DNA of 64,000 nucleotides from Candidatus Omnitrophota bacterium (GTDB taxonomy: Bacteria > Omnitrophota > Gorgyraeia > JAGLLT01): NCBI GenBank assembly GCA_030632085.1, contig DAOVJY010000001.1, forward strand, positions 142,289-206,288, read 5' to 3'. The notes below the pieces were generated by a model. The model was not told the origin of the DNA. It did no database searches and saw nothing but the letters and a program-made list of their open reading frames with translations. Of the stretch, positions 1-10,240 are shown piece after piece. A program made the position numbers and the translations under genes. Position 1 is the stretch's first letter, and each line of letters opens with the position of its first letter.

Positions 1-425
1 TTAAGCCACAACGGCCTGTCAATTTCAGAGCCGGCACCAACAAACTCAACAAACATGGTTAATCTTTCGCATGTTTGAGGGCTAAGAACGTGCTCCATTT
101 TACAAGCGTCGCCCGCGGCTACTTGCGGATCAATCTTTAAAATACTGGATAAAAATTTAGTCAACATCTTATGCCTTTTAAGCACATCATGAGCTATCCG
201 TTTGCCGTTTTCAGTAAGCTCCGCGTAACCGTAACGTTCGTGTTCAACAAGGCCCTTATTGGCCAAAACGTTAAGAGCACTGGTAACACTTGGAGTTTTT
301 ACCTTCATTAAACGGCTTATATCTTTAACCCTGGCAACCCCTTTATCCATCTCTATAAGGGCGATAGCCTCCAGATAATCTTCCATATTAGAACTTAATT
401 TTTCTCTATCACTTTCAATACGCAT
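1..425 (-). CDS. mntR: DtxR/MntR-family metal-dependent transcriptional regulator (3' end runs off window)
   Basis: Manual translation from ATG at 425: MRIESDREKLSSNMEDYLEAI...ARVKDISRLMKVKTPSVTSAL...RHKML...DACKMEH, matching DtxR HTH and metal-site motifs; not in ORF track because truncated. Confidence 0.85.
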   Translation of the reverse strand, partial: MRIESDREKLSSNMEDYLEAIALIEMDKGVARVKDISRLMKVKTPSVTSALNVLANKGLVEHERYGYAELTENGKRIAHDVLKRHKMLTKFLSSILKIDPQVAAGDACKMEHVLSPQTCERLTMFVEFVGAGSEIDRPLWL

Positions 426-567
426 GAGCCGTATTAATTCCTTCTTTTTGTATAAGTATTAAATTTCGCTTCATACCATTAACCTTTTTATTTGATTTAC
501 AAAACTATATTAGTTACTTCTAACATTCAAAACAAAAAAATATATCCCTTTATTAGATAAACCTTTA

Positions 568-607
568 TTTGTTAGACAAGTTTAACAAATACAAATTATT
601 TTGTCAA
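568..607 (-). promoter_or_regulatory. sigma70 promoter of mntR with overlapping palindromic operator
   Basis: Minus strand TTGACA-17bp-TAAACT with TG extension; near-perfect palindrome TTTGTTAGAC-AA-GTTTAACAAA (568-589) overlaps -10. Confidence 0.55.
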
Positions 608-666
608 GGGGGTTTTTAGATATACTAAAACACGCTATTCTCGCAAACTTATACGTACCCTAAGCC

Positions 667-3216
667 TTAATCTACTAATATAAAACTATCCTTCAGCCTT
701 ATGTCCCTTGATGAGGAGCCTATTAATACTTCAAACTCTCCGGGTTCCGCTACCCATTTCTTTTTTGCTTCATCATAAAAAGATAAAGATGATTTATCAA
801 CTTTTAATCTTACGGTTTTCTTCTCACCCGGCTTAAGGTTTATCTTTTTAAACGCCTTGAGTTCTTTCGGAGGCCTTTCAAGAGAGGCTTGTTTGTCATT
901 AATATAAAGCTGAACTACCTCTTTTCCTTCACGATCACTTATATTCTTAATGTCAACCTGAACAGTGACTTCTCCGTCTTTAGTTTCTTTAGGACTTATA
1001 ACCAAATTTGAATACTCAAATTCCGAGTAAGAAAGCCCGTGGCCGAAAGGAAATTGAGGTTCAATATTATTTTCGTCATAATGCCTGTAACCTACAAATA
1101 TACCTTCTCTATAATAGACTTTGCCATTGCTGCCGGGATAATTTCCATAAGAAGGATTGTCCCGCAACTTTTTGGGCAAAGTCACAGATAGCTTTCCGGA
1201 GGGATTAACATCACCGAAAAGGATATTTGCTATCGCGTTGCCGCCTTCCATGCCAGGATACCAGGCTTCAATCGCGGCGGGAACGTTATTTATCCATTTT
1301 TGCATCTCAACGGGGGTTCCATTTATTAAAACTACAACTGTATTTTTATTAACAGCGCTTACAACGTCTATAAGTTCATCCTGCCCTTCGGGAAGCTTCA
1401 TATTTCTTCTATCAACACCTTCGCCTTCTATTAAGTTATTAAGCCCGGCAAATATAATGGCAACATCAGCTTTTCTTGCCGCTGCAACCGCCTTTTGCTG
1501 CATATCCTTACCCGGTGGCACCCATCCAAATTTCATTACCGCTCCGCCGGCGTTTTCGTAATATTCAATACGTATATCGTACTTCTTTCCTTCGATAAGT
1601 TCCAATACGCCTTTCTTCGCTTCCGGGCCGTGATCACCCCAGTTACGAACAACAAGCTTATCATCAATATACAAACGGCTTCCGTCATCACTCAGTAAAC
1701 TTAAATCATAACTCCCCGTTTTCGGAGGAATAAGTTTTCCGGTCCAGCGAACAGAAAAACTATCATTCTTTATGCTTTTAGCCGGAGAATTTCCCACCCA
1801 ATCAAAATTAATTATTTTATCTATTCTTGTAAGTACGGGGTTCCCCTTGCAATCTTTATTATTAAAGTATTCGCCTTTTAAACCAAACTCTTCAGAATTT
1901 TCCGACGGCCTAAACGCTGAGGAAGGTATTTCATTTACCTCATTCGGCATATTGCAGCCCTTCGCGTAATTGATTGTTATCGCGTTGCCGCATTTATTTT
2001 TTAATCCTTCAAGAGGGCTTATAGAATATGGAGGGCCTACTTGTGAGCTTCCTCCGCCACCATGGCGCGCCTGCGAAACATTGGGGCCAATTACGGCTAT
2101 TGACTTAATTTTTCCGAGGTTTAACGGCAAAACATTGTTTTCGTTTTTTAATAAAACCATACCGCTCTCGGCAACTTCTCTTGCTAAATCCTGATGTTCT
2201 TTAGAATTAACCGAGCCCTTAAACTTCTTATTTACGTCATCAAATAATCCAAGCTTGTATTTTACACGCAAAATCCTTCTCACTTTATCATCTATAACCG
2301 ATTCTTTTATCCGATCGCTTCTTACATCAGACAGAATCTTTACCTTTGTAAAAAAGTGGCCCGGGCCCGGCATTTCCATATCACAGCCGTCGTTTGCCGC
2401 TTTTATTCTATTTTTTATGCCCCACCAGTCAGAAACGACAAAACCTTCAAAGCCCCAATCGTCTTTAAGTATGTCTATAAGTATATGAGAGTTCTCACAA
2501 CAGTAGGAACCATTTATCATGTTATACGCGCCCATGACAGTATAGGTATCCGCTTCCTGTACAGCCGCCTTAAAACCGGGAAGATATATTTCCCTTAAAG
2601 CTCTTTCGCTTATTTCAACGCTTATATTTGCTCTTTCCCATTCCTGGTTATTAGCGGCAAAATGCTTTGTAGAAGTTGCTATATTTTCACTTTGAACACC
2701 TTTGACATAACCAACCGCCAATTTTCCTATAAGATAAGGGTCTTCTCCGAAACTTTCAAAATTCCGCCCGCCAAGCGGAGTCCTGTGTATGTTAATACAA
2801 GGGCCTAAAACTAAATTTCTTCCTTTAGCCCGTGTTTCTTCTGCCAGAGCGACACCAAACCTTTTCGATAAATCTTCGTCCCAGGTGCAGCCCAGCATAA
2901 CAAGCGTAGGAAAACATGTTGCTTTACCGTACATATCTCTTATGCCATGAGGCCCGTCAGTCATTAATAATGGTGGAATTCCAAGGCGCCTATTTGTTTT
3001 TCCATCCATAAAATCTTTACCGCAAATTTCATCTATTTTTTCTTCAAGGGTCATTCTGCCTAGAAGGTCATCAATTCTATCTTCAAGTTGCACACGTGAA
3101 TTCTTATAAGGAAAATCTTCCGCGCAAAAAACCAAATTATTACCAACCATTACCGTCATCAGGATGGCAAATGCAAAAATAACCAACGTTTTCTTATAAT
3201 GCTTTAGCGTACTCAT
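667..3216 (-). CDS. Secreted GH3 beta-glucosidase with PA14 insertion and Fn3-like C-terminus
   Basis: [27 protein letters not shown] nucleophile, EGVDR; PA14 segment; signal peptide. Confidence 0.93.
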   Translation of the reverse strand: MSTLKHYKKTLVIFAFAILMTVMVGNNLVFCAEDFPYKNSRVQLEDRIDDLLGRMTLEEKIDEICGKDFMDGKTNRRLGIPPLLMTDGPHGIRDMYGKATCFPTLVMLGCTWDEDLSKRFGVALAEETRAKGRNLVLGPCINIHRTPLGGRNFESFGEDPYLIGKLAVGYVKGVQSENIATSTKHFAANNQEWERANISVEISERALREIYLPGFKAAVQEADTYTVMGAYNMINGSYCCENSHILIDILKDDWGFEGFVVSDWWGIKNRIKAANDGCDMEMPGPGHFFTKVKILSDVRSDRIKESVIDDKVRRILRVKYKLGLFDDVNKKFKGSVNSKEHQDLAREVAESGMVLLKNENNVLPLNLGKIKSIAVIGPNVSQARHGGGGSSQVGPPYSISPLEGLKNKCGNAITINYAKGCNMPNEVNEIPSSAFRPSENSEEFGLKGEYFNNKDCKGNPVLTRIDKIINFDWVGNSPAKSIKNDSFSVRWTGKLIPPKTGSYDLSLLSDDGSRLYIDDKLVVRNWGDHGPEAKKGVLELIEGKKYDIRIEYYENAGGAVMKFGWVPPGKDMQQKAVAAARKADVAIIFAGLNNLIEGEGVDRRNMKLPEGQDELIDVVSAVNKNTVVVLINGTPVEMQKWINNVPAAIEAWYPGMEGGNAIANILFGDVNPSGKLSVTLPKKLRDNPSYGNYPGSNGKVYYREGIFVGYRHYDENNIEPQFPFGHGLSYSEFEYSNLVISPKETKDGEVTVQVDIKNISDREGKEVVQLYINDKQASLERPPKELKAFKKINLKPGEKKTVRLKVDKSSLSFYDEAKKKWVAEPGEFEVLIGSSSRDIRLKDSFILVD

Positions 3217-3294
3217 GTTCTCCCTTTTCTTTGTATAAAGTTAATTTAAAAACTTAAATACAAACCTCAAAACAAAACATCAAATATTAAGTTA

Positions 3295-4884
3295 TTACCT
3301 TTTGGGTTTCTTGGCATGGCTGATTAGAGGTTTTTGGCCTTTTTCTTTAAAACTAATAACGATTTTTTCCGCGACATTGAAGGGAACGGTTATAAAAGAA
3401 AATTTATCCATTACCTGTACGTCGCTGATGAGTTTGGCCTTAACCGGGACTTTACTCATAATAAGATCAACAAGTTTTTTAGCACTCATCTTATCTTTCT
3501 TGCCGAGTGCTACGAAAAGCCTCGCTTTACCCTGTTGATCAACTTGCTTCCCTTTTCCACTGACCTCTTTTATTTCGCCATAGGTATCAGGATTAAGTTC
3601 TTCTTCAAAACAATGACTTAATGTCGCGGCCACTATTTCTACCGGATCATTATTCCCAAGCATTTTTTTAGCCCAGTTATAAAAATTAACGTCAATCTTA
3701 CCCCTAAGAACGGCGTCTAAATCATCGTGAATTTTTTTCCTTTTGACATCAATAATATCTTTTACGTTTGGTACTTTTGCTTTCTTAATATCAGTCTTGG
3801 CGATACGCTGTATAAACATCAACTGCTTATATTCACTTGGCGTAATAAATGTAATAGCGGTGCCCTCATTGCCCGCCCTTCCTGTACGGCCTACTCTATG
3901 AACATAGTACTCCGGATCCTGAGGCAATGAAAAGTTGATAACGTGGGTGAGATTAATAACATCTATTCCTCGAGCGGCAACATCTGTGGCTATAAGAATA
4001 CGAACTCTTTGTTTCCTGAATTTATCAAGAGTTCTTTCCCTTTGCGACTGGGAAATATCCCCATGAATAGCAGCCGCGTCATATCCTCTATCTATTAAGC
4101 GAGATGAAACAGAATCAACATTACTTTTTGTTCTGCAAAAAACTAAAGCGTAAAAATCGTCTTCAATATCTATTATTCTGCATAACGCCTCGAATTTATC
4201 GGAGGCTTTTACCTCAAAGTATATTTGCTCGGTTAAGTTAGTTGTCAGCTGCTCCGCCTTAACCGCAATAAACTCATAACCTTCCATGTATTTGTGGGCA
4301 AGGTCCTTTATCCTCTTGGGCATTGTAGCTGAAAACAAAAGCGTTCTTTTGTCGGGGTTTGTATACCTCATTATTTTTTCCATATCCTCAACAAATCCCA
4401 TATTAAGCATTTCATCCGCCTCATCAAGTATGAGGTGATCTATTTCTCCAAGCTTTAGTGTTTTTCTTTTAAGATGATCAATTACCCTACCCGGAGTTCC
4501 AACGACAATATGCACACCTTTTTTTAATCTGCGCAACTGCTGATCAATTGACTGGCCGCCATATATGGGAACTATTCTGATATCCTTGCTGCCTTTAAGT
4601 GAATTGATTTCTTCCGAGACCTGAATAGCCAACTCCCGCGTAGGAACCAGAATTAGCGCCTGAACCGCTCTGGTGTCGGCGTCAATCATTTCGATTAAAG
4701 GTAATCCGAAGGCGGCTGTTTTGCCTGTGCCTGTTTGGGCCTGAGCAATGATATTAGTATCATCTCTTAACATAACAGGGATAGTCATAGCCTGAATTTC
4801 AGTTGGCTCTTCAAAACCCTTTTTGTTAATCGCCTCCAGCACTTTTGCTGAAAGTCCTAAATCGCTAAATTTCTTCTTATTCAT
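3295..4884 (-). CDS. deaD: DEAD-box RNA helicase (DeaD/CshA-like, DbpA-type RNA-binding C-domain)
   Basis: AQTGTGKT, PTRELA, DEAD, SAT, HRVGRTGRAG; likely start MNKKK. Confidence 0.9.
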   Translation of the reverse strand: MNKKKFSDLGLSAKVLEAINKKGFEEPTEIQAMTIPVMLRDDTNIIAQAQTGTGKTAAFGLPLIEMIDADTRAVQALILVPTRELAIQVSEEINSLKGSKDIRIVPIYGGQSIDQQLRRLKKGVHIVVGTPGRVIDHLKRKTLKLGEIDHLILDEADEMLNMGFVEDMEKIMRYTNPDKRTLLFSATMPKRIKDLAHKYMEGYEFIAVKAEQLTTNLTEQIYFEVKASDKFEALCRIIDIEDDFYALVFCRTKSNVDSVSSRLIDRGYDAAAIHGDISQSQRERTLDKFRKQRVRILIATDVAARGIDVINLTHVINFSLPQDPEYYVHRVGRTGRAGNEGTAITFITPSEYKQLMFIQRIAKTDIKKAKVPNVKDIIDVKRKKIHDDLDAVLRGKIDVNFYNWAKKMLGNNDPVEIVAATLSHCFEEELNPDTYGEIKEVSGKGKQVDQQGKARLFVALGKKDKMSAKKLVDLIMSKVPVKAKLISDVQVMDKFSFITVPFNVAEKIVISFKEKGQKPLISHAKKPKR

Positions 4885-5123
4885 CAAAATATCTTTCTTT
4901 TCTATTAATATAATTTTATTATTTACACTATTATATTTATCATACCCCATTATCTGCTAAAAAGATATATAAATATCTCTTAAGCATAATAAGACCTGAA
5001 TTGAGTTATAGGGAATGTGTCTCTAGAGAACGCCCACCAGGGTTTTTCTAACACCAAACAAAAGTACAATTATTCCCATTTTGTTTGAGTTAGATAAAGT
5101 GATTTATTATATCCTTGAAAATT

Positions 5124-5837
5124 TTACCACATCCTGCGGACTCTTGCTTTTTCTCGGTCAATTTTCTTACCAACCAGCCGTTCCCACAACTTGATGCCGG
5201 CTAATTTTTCAACAAGCTTAGTTGAAACTAAAAAAGTATCAAGCGACTGCTTGGATTCATCGTTCGGCATTACAAAAGACCACATACGCAAAACCCCCTT
5301 GTTGTTCTCAGCTAAAACAGATTTAAAATACGCGTGCGGTATTGGTATGGTTACTTCATTCGGATCATTAGCGCCTATACCTTCGACCGACCGATCGAAA
5401 TAAAAAATAGGCCCGCAAATAACATACGTTTCTAATGTTTTGGGCTTCGCGTCTAAATTTCTAACTTCAGCTTCCAACTCTCTCCAGACGTTTCTATTAA
5501 ATTGAGGCCTCTGAGGAGACATATTGGACAAAAGGAATGTTTCGCTATTCTGCAACTCTGTTTCTCTCTGATTAGCACTCGCGACAAGATGCCCGCGATC
5601 ATACCCGGACTTTGCATAATCAACAAGGTCGGCCCGAAACATCTCCGGAATTCGATAATCCGGACGAAAATTATCTGAACGATCTAAACCAAGATTATCA
5701 GGATCTACAATTTCTAAAGCCCACTTTGCCTGACGAAAATAATATGAATAGCCCAGCACATAATGCCTATTAAACATTATCTGGTCTGCTACCGGCATTC
5801 CGTATATAGTTTCGCGTCTTAAACTAGGTAAACTCAT
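5124..5837 (-). CDS. DNA/RNA non-specific endonuclease (NucA/EndoG-like)
   Basis: YDRGHL active site, TFLLSNMSPQ...FNRNVW..LE. Confidence 0.9.
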   Translation of the reverse strand: MSLPSLRRETIYGMPVADQIMFNRHYVLGYSYYFRQAKWALEIVDPDNLGLDRSDNFRPDYRIPEMFRADLVDYAKSGYDRGHLVASANQRETELQNSETFLLSNMSPQRPQFNRNVWRELEAEVRNLDAKPKTLETYVICGPIFYFDRSVEGIGANDPNEVTIPIPHAYFKSVLAENNKGVLRMWSFVMPNDESKQSLDTFLVSTKLVEKLAGIKLWERLVGKKIDREKARVRRMW

Positions 5838-5864
5838 TTATACCCCCCTTTAAAGTTTTTATAT

Positions 5865-5952
5865 CATCAAGAATTAATATATGAATTCCCTCTTTTTGAG
5901 GCCTTTTAATATCATACACACATATTATACATAAATTATATTAGACTTTCAA
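5865..5952 (-). promoter_or_regulatory. Degenerate promoter + attI-like leader copy
   Basis: TTGAAA-17-TATAAT then ...GATATTAAAAGGCCTCAAAAAGAGGGAATTCATATATTAATT-CTTGATG, aligning with copies at 9027/15305/24131. Confidence 0.55.
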
Positions 5953-5968
5953 GGTGAGATGCTTCATT

Positions 5969-6610
5969 TTACCTCTTAAGGACCGTAACCCAAAGAAATG
6001 TTTCATTACCTATATCTCTATACTTAAATGATTCTATTACAAAACCAATATCAGTCAATTCATTCTCTAACTCATCGGGTGTTCTATGACTATAATATAA
6101 CTTCTCACCCATAAACTCCGTATAGCCGCTAAAAGTATCATGATGGGTATATTCTTTAGTCGCATATGTAAAAAGTAAACTTCCCTTACCCTTAAGCCAT
6201 TTAAAGAATTTTTTAAGTATGTTCTTTTGATCATCAGGTGATAAATGAAATAAACTATATATAGCGGTAATGGCTTCAAAAGAATTATCTTCAAAATCAA
6301 CTTCCTGCATTGGAGCGCAAATTCTCTTCATTTGAGGTACATAGTCTTTAGCTAAGTTGAGCATCTTATCGGATAAGTCAACACCGGTAACCTGCCAACC
6401 CTTTTTAATAAACCAGTCCGCGAAAGGTTCCCCCGCTCCGCAGCCGGCATCAAGTAAACTACCCTTTTTAATCTCTAAAGACTCATAAAAATCATTTAGG
6501 ACACCTGTCATATCGAAGGCATCTCTATTTTTATCATATGTTGCCGCCATATGATTATAAGCCTTAACTAAACTGTTATTTATTTCTTTATTATTTATCA
6601 TTATTAACAA
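5969..6610 (-). CDS. Class I SAM-dependent methyltransferase
   Basis: LDAGCGAG motif I, GVDLS motif II. Confidence 0.88.
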   Translation of the reverse strand: MLIMINNKEINNSLVKAYNHMAATYDKNRDAFDMTGVLNDFYESLEIKKGSLLDAGCGAGEPFADWFIKKGWQVTGVDLSDKMLNLAKDYVPQMKRICAPMQEVDFEDNSFEAITAIYSLFHLSPDDQKNILKKFFKWLKGKGSLLFTYATKEYTHHDTFSGYTEFMGEKLYYSHRTPDELENELTDIGFVIESFKYRDIGNETFLWVTVLKR

Positions 6611-6788
6611 AACTCCCGTCAGGCATCACATTATCACTTTGCGCAACACCCTTTTCCTCCGCCTGATAGCGCTTGCAGTTTATCCAGTTATTAGCAGACT
6701 CACAATACTCCCTGCTCCAACTGTAATCAATTAAACCCGCTTTTTCTAATTTTCTTAAAGGACAGATACTGTTCCATTTGCAAGGCAT
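6591..6788 (-). CDS. Small Cys-containing hypothetical protein
   Basis: 65 aa, four spaced Cys, tightly packed in operon. Confidence 0.6.
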   Translation of the reverse strand: MPCKWNSICPLRKLEKAGLIDYSWSREYCESANNWINCKRYQAEEKGVAQSDNVMPDGSFVNNDK

Positions 6789-6794
6789 GATTTT

Positions 6795-7274
6795 TTAGCT
6801 AAACTGTTGTTTTACCTTCGGCCGGGTAAAGAAATAGACTAAACAAATAGCGAAGCAAAATTCAATAACATAACTAAAAATAAGAAAAAACCACATAACA
6901 GCTGAAACACCTTTTAGAGAAATATCCGGCGTTTCAATTGCAAGAAGAGCGGCTTGCTGCTCAACGAAACCCGGAAGGTTCCGATAAATTATTAACGGCC
7001 CTTCTATTAAATAAGAAAAAAATGTAAAGAAAGTGGTAAATATAATTATTTTCCTGAAATAATCTTTAAGAAATAATATGCCGACACCGGAAATAAGCGC
7101 TAAACTTATAACAAAAACCGTTATAAAATAACGTATCTGTATAAATATTTCCGGCAGGGGCTGAAAAAGAAAATTCCAGCCTTCTACATTTGACATACCC
7201 ATTAAACTATAGAATGCCCCAACTATCAGTAAAACTGAAAATACTGTAATTCCTGTAGATCTTTTAGTTGCCAT
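6795..7274 (-). CDS. Hypothetical membrane protein (~4 TM)
   Basis: Hydrophobic segments, RBS GGGAG. Confidence 0.75.
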   Translation of the reverse strand: MATKRSTGITVFSVLLIVGAFYSLMGMSNVEGWNFLFQPLPEIFIQIRYFITVFVISLALISGVGILFLKDYFRKIIIFTTFFTFFSYLIEGPLIIYRNLPGFVEQQAALLAIETPDISLKGVSAVMWFFLIFSYVIEFCFAICLVYFFTRPKVKQQFS

Positions 7275-7312
7275 AAGATACTCCCTTAGTTAATATACCC
7301 AAATGAGATAGT

Positions 7313-7726
7313 CTATGCTTTCGCGAATATCTTCTTAACAAACTCTCTATTTAAAACCGTGATGCTGAATATGCCGAGGATAGTCCCAAAGGGAATCATG
7401 AGGCAACTAATAACTGAAACTGCTAAACAAAATCCCCGATGATTTTTCTTTTTAAGAAAAGTACCCGTCAGTATCTGAAGTATTCCCAATGTTAAACCCA
7501 GGACAATAATAACACTGGCAATAATTACCATAAACCAACCAACAATCTCCGGGCTTGACTCTGAAGCGCTTTCGGCGGTTGGAGCCAATTTAATCATAGC
7601 TATACCCATAATCAAATGCAAAATGGGAAACAATCCATAAAAACAGGTAATGCCTCCCATGATATAGTAGAATATTGATAGTAATCTTAAGTGTTCGTTG
7701 TCAATTATTACTTGTTTATCTTCCAT
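7313..7726 (-). CDS. Hypothetical membrane protein
   Basis: HLRLLSIFYYI...IPFGTILGIF pattern, RBS GGAGG. Confidence 0.75.
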   Translation of the reverse strand: MEDKQVIIDNEHLRLLSIFYYIMGGITCFYGLFPILHLIMGIAMIKLAPTAESASESSPEIVGWFMVIIASVIIVLGLTLGILQILTGTFLKKKNHRGFCLAVSVISCLMIPFGTILGIFSITVLNREFVKKIFAKA

Positions 7727-7763
7727 GAACCTGCCTCCGCCTTTCCTTATAAATATGAAATTT

Positions 7764-7782
7764 AAAGGTGTCTGTCCCCTTT
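7764..7782 (+). repeat. REP-like palindrome type A
   Basis: AAAGGTGTCTGTCCCCTTT. Confidence 0.85.
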
Positions 7783-7784
7783 AA

Positions 7785-8201
7785 TTAGCTGCGGCCTTTA
7801 CCTTCTCCTCCGCGGCTACCGCCGCCTCGTCCCCCGTGACCACCGCGACTATTGGTGTATCCGCCGCCGTATCCGCCGCCGCCGCCACCGTGTCCACCGC
7901 GGCTGCTGCCGCCATATCCACCGCTGCTACTATATCCGCTCCTACTGCCGCCGCGATCTTCGCGAGGGCGAGCTTCGTTCACCTTAAGCTCTCTTCCTTT
8001 TAACTCTTTGCCATTTAGGCCATCGATTGCCGCCTGGCCTTCTTCATTAGAGGGCATCTCCACAAAACCAAATCCTTTTGATTGACCATTATACTTGTCT
8101 TTAATGATGCTGACCGATTCAACCTCTCCGAATTCCGCTACAGCCTGCCGTAAGTCATCTTCAGTGACCTCATACGACAAATTTCCTACATAAATCTTCA
8201 T
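7785..8201 (-). CDS. RRM RNA-binding protein with Gly-rich tail
   Basis: IYVGNL (RNP2), KGFGFVEM (RNP1), RGG/Gly tail. Confidence 0.93.
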   Translation of the reverse strand: MKIYVGNLSYEVTEDDLRQAVAEFGEVESVSIIKDKYNGQSKGFGFVEMPSNEEGQAAIDGLNGKELKGRELKVNEARPREDRGGSRSGYSSSGGYGGSSRGGHGGGGGGYGGGYTNSRGGHGGRGGGSRGGEGKGRS

Positions 8202-8254
8202 CTTACTCTCCTTTTGTAATAAATTATAGATTATTACACTACCTAGCGCTTAAT

Positions 8255-8325
8255 CTACAATTTTCTTTCTTTAAGGAACTTTTATATTACACATAGATTA
8301 TACATAAAACACATTAAATAATCAA
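8255..8325 (-). promoter_or_regulatory. Degenerate promoter + leader copy
   Basis: TTGATT-17-TATAAT...AAGTTCCTTAAAGAAAG, homologous to 9027-9109. Confidence 0.55.
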
Positions 8326-8484
8326 GCTTGGACACTTGGTTCTATGTCTTCCGCCTCGAAGATGATACAACCGATATTCTACCACTTCCGAGGTAATATA
8401 TACACGGTTTATTAAGATAATTGAAGTGAGTCAGAAAATTAGCATGCGACCAAAGGGAGTGCTAAGCAAAGTGAATATAAAATT

Positions 8485-8503
8485 AAAGGTGTCTGTCCCC
8501 TTT
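8485..8503 (+). repeat. REP-like palindrome type A
   Basis: AAAGGTGTCTGTCCCCTTT. Confidence 0.85.
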
Positions 8504-8516
8504 AAAAATTAGAACT

Positions 8517-9002
8517 TTATTCCTTACTCACTCCAGTAATTTTAAGTTTAAGTAAATATTGCCTAATGTTTGCCGTTATATCAGGAATAACTATATCTGT
8601 ATATAGGATGTTATCTTGATATGATTCACTAATGATAACTTGATATTGCTTTCCAAACAACTTTTCGATTAGTACAATTAGCTCTCCTTTAACCAAATTT
8701 TCTATTTTTTTTTGCTCATCCATATTGCTGGAAGAAAAGGTTTCAGTAAAATCCATGGGATTAAATTCACCCGTTTCTTGCATCTCTAATGCTTTGCGCA
8801 TCATAGAGTCCTCTAATTCTTTATAGGTTTGATAGCTGTCTTTAAGCTCCTTGTTTTCCGGTTTAGAAAAAACCAGTTCTAATAATAAAGGTTCAACTTC
8901 TCTAAATTGTATTTTAGCAACACTGATTGAGGTTTTTTCGGCAAAACAAAAATTTTGAACACAGAGGATTAATAAAATTACAAGTACAATTTTTTTACTC
9001 AT
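8517..9002 (-). CDS. Secreted hypothetical protein (cassette-like)
   Basis: Signal peptide MSKKIVLVILLIL; RBS AGGAG; directly after GTTAGAT core site. Confidence 0.75.
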   Translation of the reverse strand: MSKKIVLVILLILCVQNFCFAEKTSISVAKIQFREVEPLLLELVFSKPENKELKDSYQTYKELEDSMMRKALEMQETGEFNPMDFTETFSSSNMDEQKKIENLVKGELIVLIEKLFGKQYQVIISESYQDNILYTDIVIPDITANIRQYLLKLKITGVSKE

Positions 9003-9026
9003 TTTTCTCCTTTTTTCATTTTCTTT

Positions 9027-9109
9027 ATCTAACAATTAATATACGAACTTCATTTTTTAAGGAATCTTATATTGCATTTATTATAACATAAAGCATACTA
9101 AATACTCAA
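9027..9109 (-). promoter_or_regulatory. Promoter + attI-like site
   Basis: TTGAGT-18-TATAAT...TTCCTTAAAAAATGAAGTTCGTATATTAATT-GTTAGAT. Confidence 0.7.
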
Positions 9110-9149
9110 GCTTAGTGCTTCTATGTCTTTCGCCGTAAAATTCATTTAT

Positions 9150-9172
9150 TGTTCGAGGTTTCGCCTCGAACA
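9150..9172. repeat. REP-like hairpin type C
   Basis: TGTTCGAGG-TTTCG-CCTCGAACA; also 24269-24291 and 25011-25033. Confidence 0.75.
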
Positions 9173-9260
9173 CTATAAGATTAAAGCACGCATTACCAAA
9201 AGAAGAGCATATTGTTACACCTACGAGGTGTAATATATTTAATATCATATTTGTCAAATA

Positions 9261-9279
9261 AAAGGTGTCTGTCCCCTTT
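9261..9279 (+). repeat. REP-like palindrome type A
   Basis: AAAGGTGTCTGTCCCCTTT. Confidence 0.85.
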
Positions 9280-9315
9280 TATCCATTGCTATAAGCTCTT
9301 GCTATCAATATTAAC

Positions 9316-9762
9316 CTAAGGATATTTATCTTTAATCCATTTTTGAATCTTGGGGTCATTCGGGTTATGTGAAACATAGCCCTTTTTAACGAATTTCTTA
9401 AACTCTTCATAGGGATCGTTTTTGCTGCCGGACTTACGTATATGGCCTTCATCATTCAAATATAAATAAATTATAATCAAAGGGTTGCTGGAAAAACAGA
9501 AAATAATGCGATAACGCTGTAATCCGCTCTTATAACGCCTGTATTTTTTCAGATCTCTCTTAAGGCGATATTCAGGAAGATTCGGATCTTGGGGGATGAT
9601 ATTTTGATCGGCATTGCGGATACGCGCGGCAAGTTTTACAATCTCATGCTGTTTATAATCTTTATTTGATAATTTTGCTTTTAAAGCTTTGACTTGCTCT
9701 TTTAAACCTGAAACGCGAAGATAATAGTGATGATGATATTTCAAAACATATTTATTCACCAT
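9316..9762 (-). CDS. YhaV-family (RelE-superfamily) toxin
   Basis: IPQDPNLPEYR, QRYRIIF, LNDE..R..GS..DPY..F motifs resemble YhaV; overlaps upstream antitoxin. Confidence 0.7.
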   Translation of the reverse strand: MVNKYVLKYHHHYYLRVSGLKEQVKALKAKLSNKDYKQHEIVKLAARIRNADQNIIPQDPNLPEYRLKRDLKKYRRYKSGLQRYRIIFCFSSNPLIIIYLYLNDEGHIRKSGSKNDPYEEFKKFVKKGYVSHNPNDPKIQKWIKDKYP

Positions 9763-10051
9763 CTACTTCAATACCCTCAAGAAGCTTGTCCCACTCCTTA
9801 TCCCAGACTTCTTTAACATTTCTTAACTTATCTGGATGCTTTAAGGCATCTTTTATCAAAGCCTCTACAAATGAATGAAAAAGAGGGTCAGCTTCAATAG
9901 TATCAAGATTATTTTGGGCGCGGATACTAATCTTGTCCTGCGCACTTTCTATAATCACTTCTTTAGTACCGGTGTGTCTCACAAAATCCATAGGTATATC
10001 TACGGCATAACTGCCGCCATGCTTAAACAATTTTTTAACTGCAGTTCTCAT
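9752..10051 (-). CDS. AbrB/MazE (PrlF-like) antitoxin
   Basis: KLFKHGGSYAVDIP AbrB-like N-terminus; DPLFHSF; paired with toxin. Confidence 0.72.
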   Translation of the reverse strand: MRTAVKKLFKHGGSYAVDIPMDFVRHTGTKEVIIESAQDKISIRAQNNLDTIEADPLFHSFVEALIKDALKHPDKLRNVKEVWDKEWDKLLEGIEVDGE

Positions 10052-10210
10052 TTCTCATCTCCTATATTATCATTTCTATAAGTATTACTTTGATCTATTG
10101 CATAAGTATATACTAATGTGTATATATTGTCAAGATAATAGCATATATTCACCATCTTTATCTGAGAGGATTCTTCTGGTAAGATTTGATAGAATTTTCA
10201 TTAATAATTA

Positions 10211-10229
10211 AAAGGTGTCTGTCCCCTTT
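10211..10229 (+). repeat. REP-like palindrome type A
   Basis: AAAGGTGTCTGTCCCCTTT. Confidence 0.85.
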
Positions 10230-10240
10230 TAATTAAAAAC

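Noticed and set aside
1008-2598. Numerous short + strand ORFs here and across minus-strand operons
   Set aside because: Antisense shadows of well-supported genes
7800-7960. GC-rich CCGCCG repeats
   Set aside because: Explained by the Gly-rich RRM tail
9027-9050. Leader core (GTATATTAATTGTTAGAT) as a Xer dif site
   Set aside because: Resembles the XerD arm, but there is no XerC arm, spacing differs, it is multicopy and it is followed by attC cassettes; attI-like reading preferred
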